This document shows, piece by piece, positions 18,441 through 28,541 of a stretch of DNA of 50,531 bases. The DNA comes from Muribaculaceae bacterium (GTDB taxonomy: Bacteria; Bacteroidota; Bacteroidia; Bacteroidales; Muribaculaceae), in assembly GCA_017937625.1 (NCBI GenBank), contig JAGBDG010000047.1, positions 1-50,531 of the forward strand. Reading direction: 5' to 3'. Below the pieces are notes generated by a model, which was not told the origin of the DNA, did not search any database, and saw only the letters and a program-made list of their open reading frames with translations. The translations under genes and the position numbers were made by a program. The first letter of the stretch is position 1, and every line of letters starts with the position of its first letter.

Positions 18441-21155
18441 ATGAAAAGAGTTTATACATTCGGCGACGGCAAAGCTGAAGGTAATGCAGAAATGCGAAAC
18501 CTCCTCGGCGGCAAAGGTGCCAATCTTGCTGAAATGAACCTTCTCGGAATGCCCGTTCCTCCGGGTTTCACTATCACAACTGAAGTGTGCAACGAATACA
18601 CTCAGTACGGCAGGGACGAAGTAGTTTCGCGTATCAAAGAAGACGTCCAGAAGGCTATCAAACACGTTGAAAGCCTCACCGGCAAGAAGTTCAACGACCC
18701 CGCCAATCCCCTTCTCGTATCGGTACGTTCGGGCGCGCGCGCTTCCATGCCCGGCATGATGGATACTGTCCTCAACCTCGGTATGAACGACGCTACCGTC
18801 GAATCGCTCGCCGAAAAGAGCGGCAACCCCCGTTTCGCATGGGACAGCTACCGCCGTTTCGTCCAGATGTACGGCGACGTCGTTCTCGGCATGAAGCCCA
18901 AGAAGAAGACCGACATCGATCCCTTCGAGGAAATCATGGACAAGGTGAAAGAAGAAAAAGGCTACAAGCTTGACACCGAGCTTCAGGTAGAAGACCTCAA
19001 GAACCTCGTGAAGCTCTTCAAGGCTGCCGTTCTCGAATACACCGGCAAGAACTTCCCCGATGACGCATGGGAACAGCTCTGGGGCGGCATCTGCGCCGTG
19101 TTCGACAGCTGGATGAACGAGCGCGCCATCATCTACCGCCGCATGAACCAGATTCCCGAAGAGTGGGGTACTGCAGTAAACGTGCAGGCTATGGTCTACG
19201 GCAACATGGGCAACAACTCCGCTACAGGCGTGGCATTCAGCCGTGACGCCGCTACCGGCGAGAATATATTCAACGGTGAATACCTCATCAACGCTCAGGG
19301 CGAGGACGTCGTAGCCGGCATCCGCACACCCCAGCAGATCACAATCGAAGGCTCGCGCCGCTGGGCTGCCCTCCAGGGCATCAGCGAGGAAGAACGCGCA
19401 AGCAAGTATCCTTCGCTTGAGGAATCCATGCCCGTCTGCGCTAACGAGCTCTTCTCCATCGCCGACAAGCTCGAGGCATACTACAAGGACATGCAGGACA
19501 TGGAGTTCACTATCCAGGACGGCAAGCTCTGGATGCTCCAGACACGTAACGGCAAGCGCACAGGCGCCGCTATGGTCAAGATTGCTATGGATCTCCTCCG
19601 CGCAGGCACAATCGACGAAAAGACCGTCCTCAAGCGCATGGAGCCCCAGAAACTCGACGAGCTTCTTCACCCCGTGTTCGACAAGGCAGCCCTCAAGCGC
19701 GCTTCCGTAGTCGCAAAGGGTCTTCCCGCATCGCCCGGCGCCGCTTCCGGTCAGATTGTGTTCTCCGCTGAAGACGCAGAGACATGGGCAGAGAAGAAAC
19801 GCAAAGTCGTTCTCGTCCGCATCGAGACATCGCCCGAAGACCTTCGCGGTATGGCAGTGGCTCAGGGTATCCTGACTATGCGCGGCGGCATGACATCGCA
19901 CGCTGCTGTCGTTGCCCGCGGTATGGGCAAGTGCTGCGTTTCCGGCGCAGGTGAAATCAAGGTCGACTACGTTGCCAAGACCGTCGAGATGGGCGGCAAG
20001 AAGTACAACGAAGGCGACTGGATCTCGCTCAACGGCTCGACAGGTGAAGTTTACGACGGACAGGTTCCCACAACAGAACCTTCGCTCGACGGCGATTTCG
20101 CAGCTATCATGAACCTCGCTGACAAATTCACCAAGACATACGTCCGCACCAACGCCGACACCCCCCGCGACGCCAAGCAGGCACGCAAGTTCGGCGCACA
20201 GGGTATCGGTCTCTGCCGCACGGAGCACATGTTCTTCGAAGGCGACCGTATCAAGGCTGTCCGCGAGATGATCCTCGCTTCCGACGTAGAGGGTCGCCGT
20301 CTCGCCCTCGCCAAGCTTCTTCCCATGCAGCGCGGCGACTTCGAAGGTATCTTCGAGGCTATGGACGGATTCGGCGTTACAATCCGCCTTCTCGATCCCC
20401 CTCTGCACGAGTTCGTGCCTCATCAGACAGCTACCCAGAAGGAGCTTGCCGACGAGATGGGCATCACGCTCGCAGAAGTAAAGGCAAAGGTCGACGCTCT
20501 CGAGGAATTCAACCCGATGCTCGGTCACCGTGGTTGCCGTCTCGGCATCACATACCCTGAAATTACCGAAATGCAGACACGCGCCATCATCGAGGCTGCT
20601 CTCGCTTGCAAGGCTCGCGGCATCGACGTTCATCCCGAAATCATGGTACCTCTGGTAGGTTCGCTCAAGGAGCTCCAGCATCAGGCTAACGTTATCAACG
20701 AGACCGCTGTCAAGGTATTCGAGGAGAAAGGCGATTCGATTCCCTACCTCGTAGGCACAATGATCGAAGTTCCGCGCGCCGCTCTGACAGCAAATGAAAT
20801 CGCTACCGTAGCCGACTTCTTCTCGTTCGGCACAAACGACCTCACCCAGATGACATTCGGCTTCTCGCGTGACGACGCTCCCAAGTTCCTCAAATTCTAC
20901 AAGGAACACGGTGTCATCAAGACCGATCCCTTCGAAGTTCTCGACCAGGTCGGCGTAGGTCAGCTCGTACGCATGGGCGTAGAGAAAGGTCGCAGCGTCA
21001 AGCCCGAACTCAAGGTCGGCATCTGCGGCGAACACGGCGGCGAGCCCTCCAGCGTAATCTTCTGCGCTAAGCTCGGCATGAACTATGTCAGCTGCTCGCC
21101 CTTCCGCGTGCCCATCGCCCGCGTTTCTGCCGCCCAGGCTGCTATCGAAGACTAA
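18441..21155 (+). CDS. ppdK: Pyruvate, phosphate dikinase
   Basis: LLGGKGANLAEM, VSVRSGA, phospho-His motif GGMTSHAAVVARG, GIGLCRTEHMF, SFGTNDLTQ, GICGEHGG. Confidence 0.98.
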   Translation: MKRVYTFGDGKAEGNAEMRNLLGGKGANLAEMNLLGMPVPPGFTITTEVCNEYTQYGRDEVVSRIKEDVQKAIKHVESLTGKKFNDPANPLLVSVRSGARASMPGMMDTVLNLGMNDATVESLAEKSGNPRFAWDSYRRFVQMYGDVVLGMKPKKKTDIDPFEEIMDKVKEEKGYKLDTELQVEDLKNLVKLFKAAVLEYTGKNFPDDAWEQLWGGICAVFDSWMNERAIIYRRMNQIPEEWGTAVNVQAMVYGNMGNNSATGVAFSRDAATGENIFNGEYLINAQGEDVVAGIRTPQQITIEGSRRWAALQGISEEERASKYPSLEESMPVCANELFSIADKLEAYYKDMQDMEFTIQDGKLWMLQTRNGKRTGAAMVKIAMDLLRAGTIDEKTVLKRMEPQKLDELLHPVFDKAALKRASVVAKGLPASPGAASGQIVFSAEDAETWAEKKRKVVLVRIETSPEDLRGMAVAQGILTMRGGMTSHAAVVARGMGKCCVSGAGEIKVDYVAKTVEMGGKKYNEGDWISLNGSTGEVYDGQVPTTEPSLDGDFAAIMNLADKFTKTYVRTNADTPRDAKQARKFGAQGIGLCRTEHMFFEGDRIKAVREMILASDVEGRRLALAKLLPMQRGDFEGIFEAMDGFGVTIRLLDPPLHEFVPHQTATQKELADEMGITLAEVKAKVDALEEFNPMLGHRGCRLGITYPEITEMQTRAIIEAALACKARGIDVHPEIMVPLVGSLKELQHQANVINETAVKVFEEKGDSIPYLVGTMIEVPRAALTANEIATVADFFSFGTNDLTQMTFGFSRDDAPKFLKFYKEHGVIKTDPFEVLDQVGVGQLVRMGVEKGRSVKPELKVGICGEHGGEPSSVIFCAKLGMNYVSCSPFRVPIARVSAAQAAIED

Positions 21156-21177
21156 TTAGCCGTCAAATCTCATAAAT

Positions 21178-21218
21178 AGAGGCGTTGGTGCGTTCAGCGT
21201 ATCAACGCCTCTTGTTTT
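21178..21218 (+). terminator. ppdK terminator
   Basis: agaggcgttggtgcg / cgtatcaacgcctct stem followed by tgtttt. Confidence 0.85.
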
Positions 21219-21232
21219 AAAAGTCATTATGT

Positions 21233-21268
21233 GACTTTAGAGACCTTAGCGTCCTTAAAGTCCTTAGA
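21233..21268 (+). repeat. Imperfect 9-bp tandem repeat (4 units, degenerate flanks)
   Basis: gactttaga gaccttagc gtccttaaa gtccttaga. Confidence 0.8.
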
Positions 21269-21284
21269 ATTAAACATCAGCGAT

Positions 21285-21830
21285 ATGTCCGATCTAATTC
21301 CTAATCGTGGCAATTACAAGAAACTGATTAGTTACCAAAAATCTGATGTGATTTTCCAGATTACATTCTATTTTTGCGAGCACTTCATTGCATACGGTGA
21401 CCGGACTAAAGATCAGATGATTCAGGCTGCCCGCAGTGGCAAACAGAACATAGTGGAAGGTTCTGCGGCTTCCGTAACTTCAGCTAAAACGGAAATCAAA
21501 CTGATAAATGTTGCTAAAGCGAGTCTTCAGGAATTGCTCGCTGATTACGAAGACTATCTTAAAACCCGTAACAAGCCTCAATGGGAAAAAGGTAGCATCC
21601 AATACGACGCTATGCGGAAACTTGGACGCGAGCACTCTGATGCCGAATTCTTTATGAATTTGATTGCCGTCAGACCACCTGAAACTATTGCAAATATGGC
21701 AATAATTCTCATCAAACAGGCTGATTATCTCTTGTTTCGACAACTTGAACGTTTGGCTAAGGACTTCGCCGAAAATGGCGGCTTTTCTGAAAAAATGTCA
21801 CAAATTCGCCGCAATACCCGTGGTTATTAA
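21285..21830 (+). CDS. Four-helix-bundle protein (23S-IVP/Avd-like) with four-helix-bundle suffix domain
   Basis: GNYKKLISYQKS, DRTKDQMIQAARSGKQNIVEGS, KLINVAKASLQELLADYEDYL, suffix ANMAIILIKQADYLL...F.ENGGFSEKM...R; start ATG 21285. Confidence 0.88.
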   Translation: MSDLIPNRGNYKKLISYQKSDVIFQITFYFCEHFIAYGDRTKDQMIQAARSGKQNIVEGSAASVTSAKTEIKLINVAKASLQELLADYEDYLKTRNKPQWEKGSIQYDAMRKLGREHSDAEFFMNLIAVRPPETIANMAIILIKQADYLLFRQLERLAKDFAENGGFSEKMSQIRRNTRGY

Positions 21831-21848
21831 TAATATCAGTTTACTGAA

Positions 21849-22145
21849 ATGAATCAGAACGATATCGACCGCAAGAGTATCGAAAAGGCAAAAGAGCTTT
21901 TCTCGTCAGGCAATGTTTATGAGATTGAAGTCGGCACTACTGCCGGCCTTCAGGCTATTCATCGTGCTTTGTTCGTTGGACTATATTCCTTTGCCGGAGA
22001 GATTCGCAAACTCAATATTTCAAAAGGTGGATTCCGGTTTACTAATTCTCTCTATCTCATTCCTGCTCTTGAGGCTATTGAGAAGATGCAGGAAAGATGC
22101 AGCAGTCGCGTGTCTTGCGGCACTTATCGGAGGTCAATGTCTTGA
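21849..22145 (+). pseudogene. fic: 3'-truncated Fic-family adenylyltransferase (NmFic-like)
   Basis: [35 protein letters not shown] matches the class III Fic N-terminus; homology stops near EKMQE, before the HPFxxGNGR motif. Confidence 0.8.
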
Positions 22146-22268
22146 TATTGTGACAACATCGGGAGGACAATAGCGGCATTAGGACCGACGATTGCAATAT
22201 GGCAAAGTGATGAACCAAGCAACCGTAACTCACTCCTCAGCAGACTTTTTGGCGCAGGGTGTTGCGGG

Positions 22269-22304
22269 GCTTGCGGATGTCGGGGATTTTTGATAACTTC
22301 GCAA
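22269..22304 (+). repeat. Direct repeat copy 1 / promoter of the aldo-keto reductase
   Basis: gcttgcggatgtcggggatttttg followed by ataacttcgca. Confidence 0.8.
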
Positions 22305-22323
22305 TCTGACTAAAATGTGCAAT

Positions 22324-23277
22324 ATGGAATACAGACGATGTGGAAACAGCGGAGTAGAGCTGCCGGTAATCTCTCTCGGTCTATGGCATAACTTCGGTGA
22401 TGTCGATGACTTTGCAACTGCGAGGGACATGCTTCTGGCGGCATTCGACAACGGAATATGTCATTTTGACCTTGCCAACAATTACGGTCCCTCTCCTGGC
22501 AGTGCTGAAATCACTTTCGGCAAAGTGCTAAAAGACAATCTCGCCTCACATCGCGACGAGATGTTTATATCTTCGAAAGCAGGTCATGACATGTGGGCTG
22601 GCGTGTACGGCGGCAATTCCTCGCGAAAGAATCTTATCGCGTCGTGCAATGCGAGTCTGAAAAGGACAGGTCTTGAATATTTCGATGTGTTCTACAGTCA
22701 CCGCTACGACGGTGTGACGCCTGTGGAGGAAACGATGCAGGCGCTGATAGATATTGTCCGCAGCGGCAAGGCTCTGTACGCCGGAATATCGAAATATCCT
22801 CCGAAAGAGCAGGAGTGCGCCTATCGTATCCTTGCGGAAGCTAAAGTTCCCTGTCTGGTCAGCCAGTACAGGTATTCTATGTTCGATACGGCGTCAGCCG
22901 GGAATAACTTCGGTCTTGCAGCCTCGAGCGGCAGCGGCATAACCGTATTCTCGCCTCTTGCCCAAGGGCTTCTTACCGACAAGTATTTCCACGGCATACC
23001 TGCAGACAGCCGTGCCGCCAAGAGCACCGGCTTCCTGCAGCAGTCTCAGGTTACAGAAGAAAAAATCGCCAAGGCGCGCCGGCTCAATGGTATTGCCGCA
23101 AAACGCGGGCAGACGCTTGCCCAAATGGCGCTTGCCTGGATTCTGACCGACGAAAGGGTCACTTCTGTCATTATCGGCGCGTCTTCCGTAAGGCAGTTGA
23201 TGTCGAATATAAAGACACTGGATAATACGGCATTTACCGAAGACGAGCTCGCGCAGATTTCCTCAATAATAAGCTGA
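22324..23277 (+). CDS. Aldo/keto reductase (YghZ/Gpr, L-glyceraldehyde-3-phosphate reductase-like)
   Basis: MEYRRCGNSG..LP.ISLGLWHNFG, FDLANNYGP, ISSKAG, FYSHRYD, FSPLAQGLLT, IIGASS; alternative start 22315. Confidence 0.92.
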   Translation: MEYRRCGNSGVELPVISLGLWHNFGDVDDFATARDMLLAAFDNGICHFDLANNYGPSPGSAEITFGKVLKDNLASHRDEMFISSKAGHDMWAGVYGGNSSRKNLIASCNASLKRTGLEYFDVFYSHRYDGVTPVEETMQALIDIVRSGKALYAGISKYPPKEQECAYRILAEAKVPCLVSQYRYSMFDTASAGNNFGLAASSGSGITVFSPLAQGLLTDKYFHGIPADSRAAKSTGFLQQSQVTEEKIAKARRLNGIAAKRGQTLAQMALAWILTDERVTSVIIGASSVRQLMSNIKTLDNTAFTEDELAQISSIIS

Positions 23278-23309
23278 GGACTGTGACAGAGCCACCGGTG
23301 AGCTGCGTT

Positions 23310-23345
23310 GCTTGCGGATGTCGGGGATTTTTGTTAACTTTGTAT
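23310..23345 (+). repeat. Direct repeat copy 2 / promoter of the downstream operon
   Basis: gcttgcggatgtcggggatttttg followed by ttaactttgta (canonical TAACTTTG). Confidence 0.8.
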
Positions 23346-23360
23346 GTTTAACTCCGCATT

Positions 23361-24680
23361 ATGAATATCTTTTCCAGGGCATTTTTGTCTTCAATGATAT
23401 TGTTTCCCGCCTTCTGCGGGCATGCCGCCGTCAATTTCAGCGGCAATACTGCCCGTGTCGTCGAAGTGACCCCGCAGGCTTCGACAGGGCTTGAGGCGGT
23501 GTATGTGCTTCCGTCTACCGAAGGAGTGGTCATGGAATATGCCGGCGCGTCGGCATCGGCGAAGTGGTCGGCGTTCGGTCAGGCAGGCGGCGCATACGCC
23601 GAGGAAATCGGCACAGGCACATCTGTCGCATGTCGCAAGGGCGACGCTGGCTATATTGTGGAAGACAACGGCAGACAGCATTGCTTCTGGGTGACGGACT
23701 ATTCCGACCATACGCTTCAGCTCGGATCGCTCGTGTTCTCGCCTGAGGAGAGCGACTGCGCGCGCGCGGCGCTGAATTTTACGGGAGAAGCCTCTGACAT
23801 AGCATACTATAACATCAACGGACGTCGCACCGTGCTCTCGCGCGAGCTTGCGTTGACTTGGCAGACGCTCGATTTCGACGAAAGCTCGTTCTCATACGTC
23901 ATTTCGGCAGGACGCGAGGTGCTCGACGGCGCCACGCACGTCATCCATGCACCCGCTGCGCTGTGCAACACATCGTACACCCTCAGCGGCGACCGCTTCC
24001 TTGAGGCATGGAACATGGGGCAGAGCATAGAGTCGCCGTCTGTCAGCGCTTACGCTGTTGACGCCCGCACACGTGCCACGCAGACGCCGCGCGACGCCGA
24101 CAACGAGATCAAGGACGGCAGCGACGGTCTCGGAGGTTCGGCACCGTGCGAGATTCTTTTCGAGGCGGCGGTCAGCGACGCGGCGATATATACCCGCTGG
24201 GAAATATCGCGCTCACCCGAATTCGAGACTCTCGAGAACAGCTTCAGCGAGCTCGAGTTCAGCTATACCTTCACAGAGCAGGGAACCTACTACGTGCGGT
24301 TTACGGCGGACAACGCCGACGCGACGTGCCCTTTCGAGAGCGAGGTCTACGAGATTTTCATAGGCGAGTCGCGTCTCGATATCCCCAACGCCTTCTCTCC
24401 CGATGCCTCGCCCGGCACAAACGACGAGTGGAAGGTGAGCTATAAGTCGATTATCGACTATGAGTGCCATATCTTCAACCGCTGGGGCAAGGAGCTTTTC
24501 CAGAGCAAAGACCCGGCACAGGGATGGGACGGAAAGTACGGCGGAAAGTATGTTCCGGCCGGAGTATATTTCTACGTCATCAAAGCTAAAGGTTCTGACG
24601 GCAGGAAATACAACAAATCGGGCGATATAAACATTATTAATTACAAGAGGAGCGAAACAGGCTCCCAGCCTACAGAATAA
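23361..24680 (+). CDS. Gliding-motility-associated C-terminal domain (T9SS type B CTD) protein with PKD-like domain
   Basis: IPNAFSPDASPGTNDEW...IFNRWGKELF...GWDG...PAGVYFYVI...GDINII; signal peptide. Confidence 0.88.
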   Translation: MNIFSRAFLSSMILFPAFCGHAAVNFSGNTARVVEVTPQASTGLEAVYVLPSTEGVVMEYAGASASAKWSAFGQAGGAYAEEIGTGTSVACRKGDAGYIVEDNGRQHCFWVTDYSDHTLQLGSLVFSPEESDCARAALNFTGEASDIAYYNINGRRTVLSRELALTWQTLDFDESSFSYVISAGREVLDGATHVIHAPAALCNTSYTLSGDRFLEAWNMGQSIESPSVSAYAVDARTRATQTPRDADNEIKDGSDGLGGSAPCEILFEAAVSDAAIYTRWEISRSPEFETLENSFSELEFSYTFTEQGTYYVRFTADNADATCPFESEVYEIFIGESRLDIPNAFSPDASPGTNDEWKVSYKSIIDYECHIFNRWGKELFQSKDPAQGWDGKYGGKYVPAGVYFYVIKAKGSDGRKYNKSGDINIINYKRSETGSQPTE

Positions 24681-24689
24681 AAAGAACGA

Positions 24690-25622
24690 ATGAAACTACA
24701 TCATATTTTACTTGCCGCCGCACTGGCGGTATCGGTTGCCGCGCCGGCTCAGCGCATGCCCGCGGAGTTCTCCAAGGTCTATAATCCGGAGATTCCTGCC
24801 AGTGCGCGTCTTTGCGGCGACAACATCGACCTCGACCGTGTGGACATGTACGAGAAGTTCGACCGCGAGCTCACGTCGGTTGTCTACACCCACGGCACGA
24901 CGATGCTGATAATCAAGCGCGCCAACCGCTTCTTTCCCGAGATAGCACCTATCCTCGAGGCTAACGGCGTGCCGTCGGACATGCTCTATCTCGCGTGCGT
25001 CGAGAGCTCGCTCAACCCCCGCGCATATAGCGGCGCCAAGGCAGCCGGTCTGTGGCAGTTCATAGCATCGGCGGCTAAGGAGTATGGTCTTGAGGTGAAT
25101 GACGAAGTAGACGAGCGCTACAACACCGAGAAGGCAACCGCCGCCGCTTGCCGCTACCTCAAGAAGGCATATAACCGTTATGGCGACTGGGCATCGGCTA
25201 TGGCGTCGTACAACGGCGGCATGACGCGCATAAGCAAGGAACTCGACGCGCAGGGCGAGGAGACGTCGCTCGACCTCTATCTCAACGAGGAGACTACTCG
25301 CTATCCCTTCCGCGTGCTCGCGTTCAAGACAGTCATGGAGAATCCGCGCAAATACGGCTTCTATCTCCAGGACAAGCAGCTCTATCAGCCGCGCAAGTAC
25401 GACGTCGTGGAGGTCTGCGGACCAGTCGAGAGCTGGGCTGCATGGGCGAAGGACCATGGTATATCGTACTCGACCCTCCGCGAGGAGAACCCCTGGATTA
25501 GAAGCAAAAGCCTTACCAACAAACTCGGCAAAACATACAAGGTACGCGTTCCGCGCAAGAGCTCTCTGTCGCGGCGCAGTGCCGGAACAACAGTCTACAA
25601 TCCCGCGTGGGTAGGACGCTGA
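24690..25622 (+). CDS. Lytic transglycosylase (SLT/MltD-like, GH23)
   Basis: YLACVESS (catalytic Glu), [25 protein letters not shown]-terminal LysM-like NPW segment. Confidence 0.9.
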   Translation: MKLHHILLAAALAVSVAAPAQRMPAEFSKVYNPEIPASARLCGDNIDLDRVDMYEKFDRELTSVVYTHGTTMLIIKRANRFFPEIAPILEANGVPSDMLYLACVESSLNPRAYSGAKAAGLWQFIASAAKEYGLEVNDEVDERYNTEKATAAACRYLKKAYNRYGDWASAMASYNGGMTRISKELDAQGEETSLDLYLNEETTRYPFRVLAFKTVMENPRKYGFYLQDKQLYQPRKYDVVEVCGPVESWAAWAKDHGISYSTLREENPWIRSKSLTNKLGKTYKVRVPRKSSLSRRSAGTTVYNPAWVGR

Positions 25623-25639
25623 GAAGCAGGAGACATTTG

Positions 25640-28534
25640 ATGACAGACAAGATAAAGAAAGACATAGCAACTCCGACAGTAGCTGACGACGGCTCCACCG
25701 GTACCATCGAGGTAATCGGCGCAAGGGTCAATAACCTCAAGAATGTCGACGTGAGCATACCCCACAACAGCCTTACTGTGGTGACGGGTCTCAGCGGCAG
25801 CGGAAAGTCGTCGCTCGCTTTCGAGACAATATATGCAGAAGGGCAGAGACGATACATAGAGACGTTCTCGGCGTACGCCCGCAACATGCTCGGCACGCTC
25901 GAGCGTCCCGACGTCGACCAGATTACGGGTCTGTGTCCGGTGATTGCAATCGAGCAGAAAACCGTCAACAAGAATCCGCGAAGCACCATAGGCACGACCA
26001 CGGAGATATACGATTTCTTGCGTCTGCTCTTCGCCCGCGCCGGTCATGCCAAAAGCTACCTCACCGGGCGCGACATGGTGAAGTACACCGACGAGATGAT
26101 TGTCGACGAGATAATCAGCCATTACGACGAAAAGAAGATATACATCCTTGCTCCGGTGGTCAAGAACCGCAAGGGACACTACCGCGAGCTTTTCGAGCAG
26201 CTCTCGCGCAAAGGATATCTCAACGTCCGCATCGACGGCTCCTTCATGGAGATTTCGCCGGGCATGCGTCTCGACCGCTACCAGAACCACAGCGTCGAGC
26301 TTGTGGTGGACAAACTCAAGGTCAGCGCCAAGGACCGCGAGCGCCTGCTCGCCTCGGTAAGCAACGCTCTCGCGCAAGGCGACAAGGAACTCATTGTTCT
26401 CGATACAGACACAGGCAAGACGGCACATTTCAGTCAGGAGCTAATGGATTCTGAGACCGGTCTTTCCTACCATGAGCCGGCACCGCACAATTTCTCGTTC
26501 AACTCGCCGCGCGGCGCATGCCCGCGGTGCAAGGGACTGGGATATGTGAACATCATCGACCGCTCGAAAATCGTGCCAGACGAGAGCCTTTCCATAGCCC
26601 GCGGCGCGCTCGCTCCGTTGGGAAAATATACCGAGAACTTCACATTCCAGCAGATCAGAGCCATACTCGAAGGTTACGGCTACACCATACAGACGCCTTT
26701 TTGCGAGCTCAGCGACGAGGCTGTCGACGATATCTTCAACGGCACCACATCCGTGCCGCGTCTGAAGGACAGTACGCTCTCGTCGTTCAGCTATTTCAAG
26801 TCGTTCGACGGCATAGTCAAGTTTATCGAACAGGCAGGCGAGGACAGCGAAGGCTACCAGAGCCGTAAATGGAGCGGTCAGTTCGTGACGCGCTGCACAT
26901 GTCCCGAATGTAACGGCACGCGCCTCAACCGCGAGGCTCTGCATTTCTTCGTGGACGGGCACAACATCGCCCAGCTCGCGGCAATGGACATCGACACACT
27001 GTCGGAATGGGCGTCGGGAGTCATGGAACGCCTTGACGAGCGCGACCGAAAGATTGCCTCGGAGATAATCAAGGAAATCTCGACACGACTGAAGTTTCTC
27101 GTCGGCGTAGGACTCGGCTATCTGCAGCTCGACCGCGCGTCAGCGACCCTCTCCGGCGGCGAGAGCCAGCGCATACGCCTTGCCACTCAGCTTGGTTCGG
27201 AGCTCGTCAATGTTCTTTACATCCTCGACGAGCCCAGCATCGGACTTCATCAGCGCGACAACCACCGCCTGATAAGCTCGCTCAAGCGCCTGCGCGACGC
27301 ATCGAACACCATCATCGTCGTGGAGCACGACAAGGACATAATGCTCGACGCCGACTATATCGTCGACATAGGTCCCGGCGCCGGTCGCAAGGGCGGCGAG
27401 GTCGTATTCCAGGGCACTCCAGCAGAAATGCTCGCATCAGGCACACTGACGGCATCGTATCTCAACGGAACAACGGAAATTCCGACACCGGCGGAGCGCC
27501 GCAAGGGCAACGGCAAGAAACTTGTCGTTCACGGAGCAACGGGGCATAACCTCAAGGACGTCGACTTCGAGCTGGACCTCGGCACGCTGACAGTAGTAGC
27601 AGGCGTGTCGGGTAGCGGAAAGTCGTCGCTTGTCAACGGCACCCTCCAGGCTATCCTGAGCAACAAATTCTATCGCTCCAACGAAGTTCCGCTGCCATAT
27701 AAATCTATCGAAGGCATCGAGAACATCGACAAGGTAGTCACAGTAGACCAGTCGCCCCTCGGGCGCACTCCGCGCTCCAATCCGGCGACATACACGGGCG
27801 TCTTTTCCGATATCCGCAGCCTTTTCGTCAATCTTCCCGAAGCGAAGATCAGAGGCTACAAGCCCGGACGTTTCTCGTTCAACGTCAGCGGCGGTCGGTG
27901 CGAGGCGTGCAAGGGCAACGGCTACAAGACCATAGAGATGAACTTCCTGCCCGATGTGCTCGTGCCGTGCGAGGAATGCCGGGGCAAGCGCTACAACCGC
28001 GAGACTCTTGAAGTCCGATTCAAAGGAAAGTCCATTGCCGACGTTCTCGACATGACTATCAACCAGGCAGTAGATTTCTTTTCAGGCATACCGGCGATAT
28101 ATAAGAAAATCAAGGTTCTTCAGGAAATCGGTCTCGGCTATATCAAGCTCGGACAGCCGTCGTCGACGCTTTCGGGCGGCGAGAACCAGCGCGTCAAGCT
28201 TGCGACAGAGCTTTCGAAAAAAGACACCGGTCGCACGCTCTTCATTCTCGACGAGCCCACGACAGGTCTTCATTTCGAGGACATCAAGACACTCATGGCA
28301 CTGCTCAACCGCCTCGTCGACCGCGGCAACACAGTGCTTGTGATAGAACATAACCTCGACGTACTCCGTCTTGCCGACAAGGTGGTCGACATGGGTCCGG
28401 AAGGCGGACGCGGGGGCGGACGAATACTCGCTCAGGGCACTCCCGAGGAAATTGCCGACGGAGACTCGCCGACGGCCTCATTCCTTCGTACCGAGCTCGG
28501 ACTGCGAAAGCAAACAAAAAATCAGAATAAATGA
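25640..28534 (+). CDS. uvrA: Excinuclease ABC subunit A
   Basis: Two Walker A motifs ([18 protein letters not shown]), LSGGESQR / LSGGENQR, CxxC zinc fingers, [15 protein letters not shown]; start ATG 25640. Confidence 0.97.
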   Translation: MTDKIKKDIATPTVADDGSTGTIEVIGARVNNLKNVDVSIPHNSLTVVTGLSGSGKSSLAFETIYAEGQRRYIETFSAYARNMLGTLERPDVDQITGLCPVIAIEQKTVNKNPRSTIGTTTEIYDFLRLLFARAGHAKSYLTGRDMVKYTDEMIVDEIISHYDEKKIYILAPVVKNRKGHYRELFEQLSRKGYLNVRIDGSFMEISPGMRLDRYQNHSVELVVDKLKVSAKDRERLLASVSNALAQGDKELIVLDTDTGKTAHFSQELMDSETGLSYHEPAPHNFSFNSPRGACPRCKGLGYVNIIDRSKIVPDESLSIARGALAPLGKYTENFTFQQIRAILEGYGYTIQTPFCELSDEAVDDIFNGTTSVPRLKDSTLSSFSYFKSFDGIVKFIEQAGEDSEGYQSRKWSGQFVTRCTCPECNGTRLNREALHFFVDGHNIAQLAAMDIDTLSEWASGVMERLDERDRKIASEIIKEISTRLKFLVGVGLGYLQLDRASATLSGGESQRIRLATQLGSELVNVLYILDEPSIGLHQRDNHRLISSLKRLRDASNTIIVVEHDKDIMLDADYIVDIGPGAGRKGGEVVFQGTPAEMLASGTLTASYLNGTTEIPTPAERRKGNGKKLVVHGATGHNLKDVDFELDLGTLTVVAGVSGSGKSSLVNGTLQAILSNKFYRSNEVPLPYKSIEGIENIDKVVTVDQSPLGRTPRSNPATYTGVFSDIRSLFVNLPEAKIRGYKPGRFSFNVSGGRCEACKGNGYKTIEMNFLPDVLVPCEECRGKRYNRETLEVRFKGKSIADVLDMTINQAVDFFSGIPAIYKKIKVLQEIGLGYIKLGQPSSTLSGGENQRVKLATELSKKDTGRTLFILDEPTTGLHFEDIKTLMALLNRLVDRGNTVLVIEHNLDVLRLADKVVDMGPEGGRGGGRILAQGTPEEIADGDSPTASFLRTELGLRKQTKNQNK

Positions 28535-28541
28535 CAGGACT

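Noticed and set aside
18429-21035. 868-aa antisense ORF over ppdK, and similar long antisense ORFs at 34-1338, 6645-8468, 11109-12377 and 30409-32520
   Set aside because: Shadow ORFs in codon register with the real genes. Strong codon bias (few TTA, CTA, TCA) removes antisense stops, and they carry no recognisable motifs.
21233-21268. Repeat array as CRISPR
   Set aside because: Units are 9 bp, contiguous and spacer-less, and there are no cas genes.
21231-22260. Possible diversity-generating retroelement suggested by the Avd-like fold
   Set aside because: No reverse transcriptase and no template/variable repeat pair with adenine-specific mismatches seen in the window.
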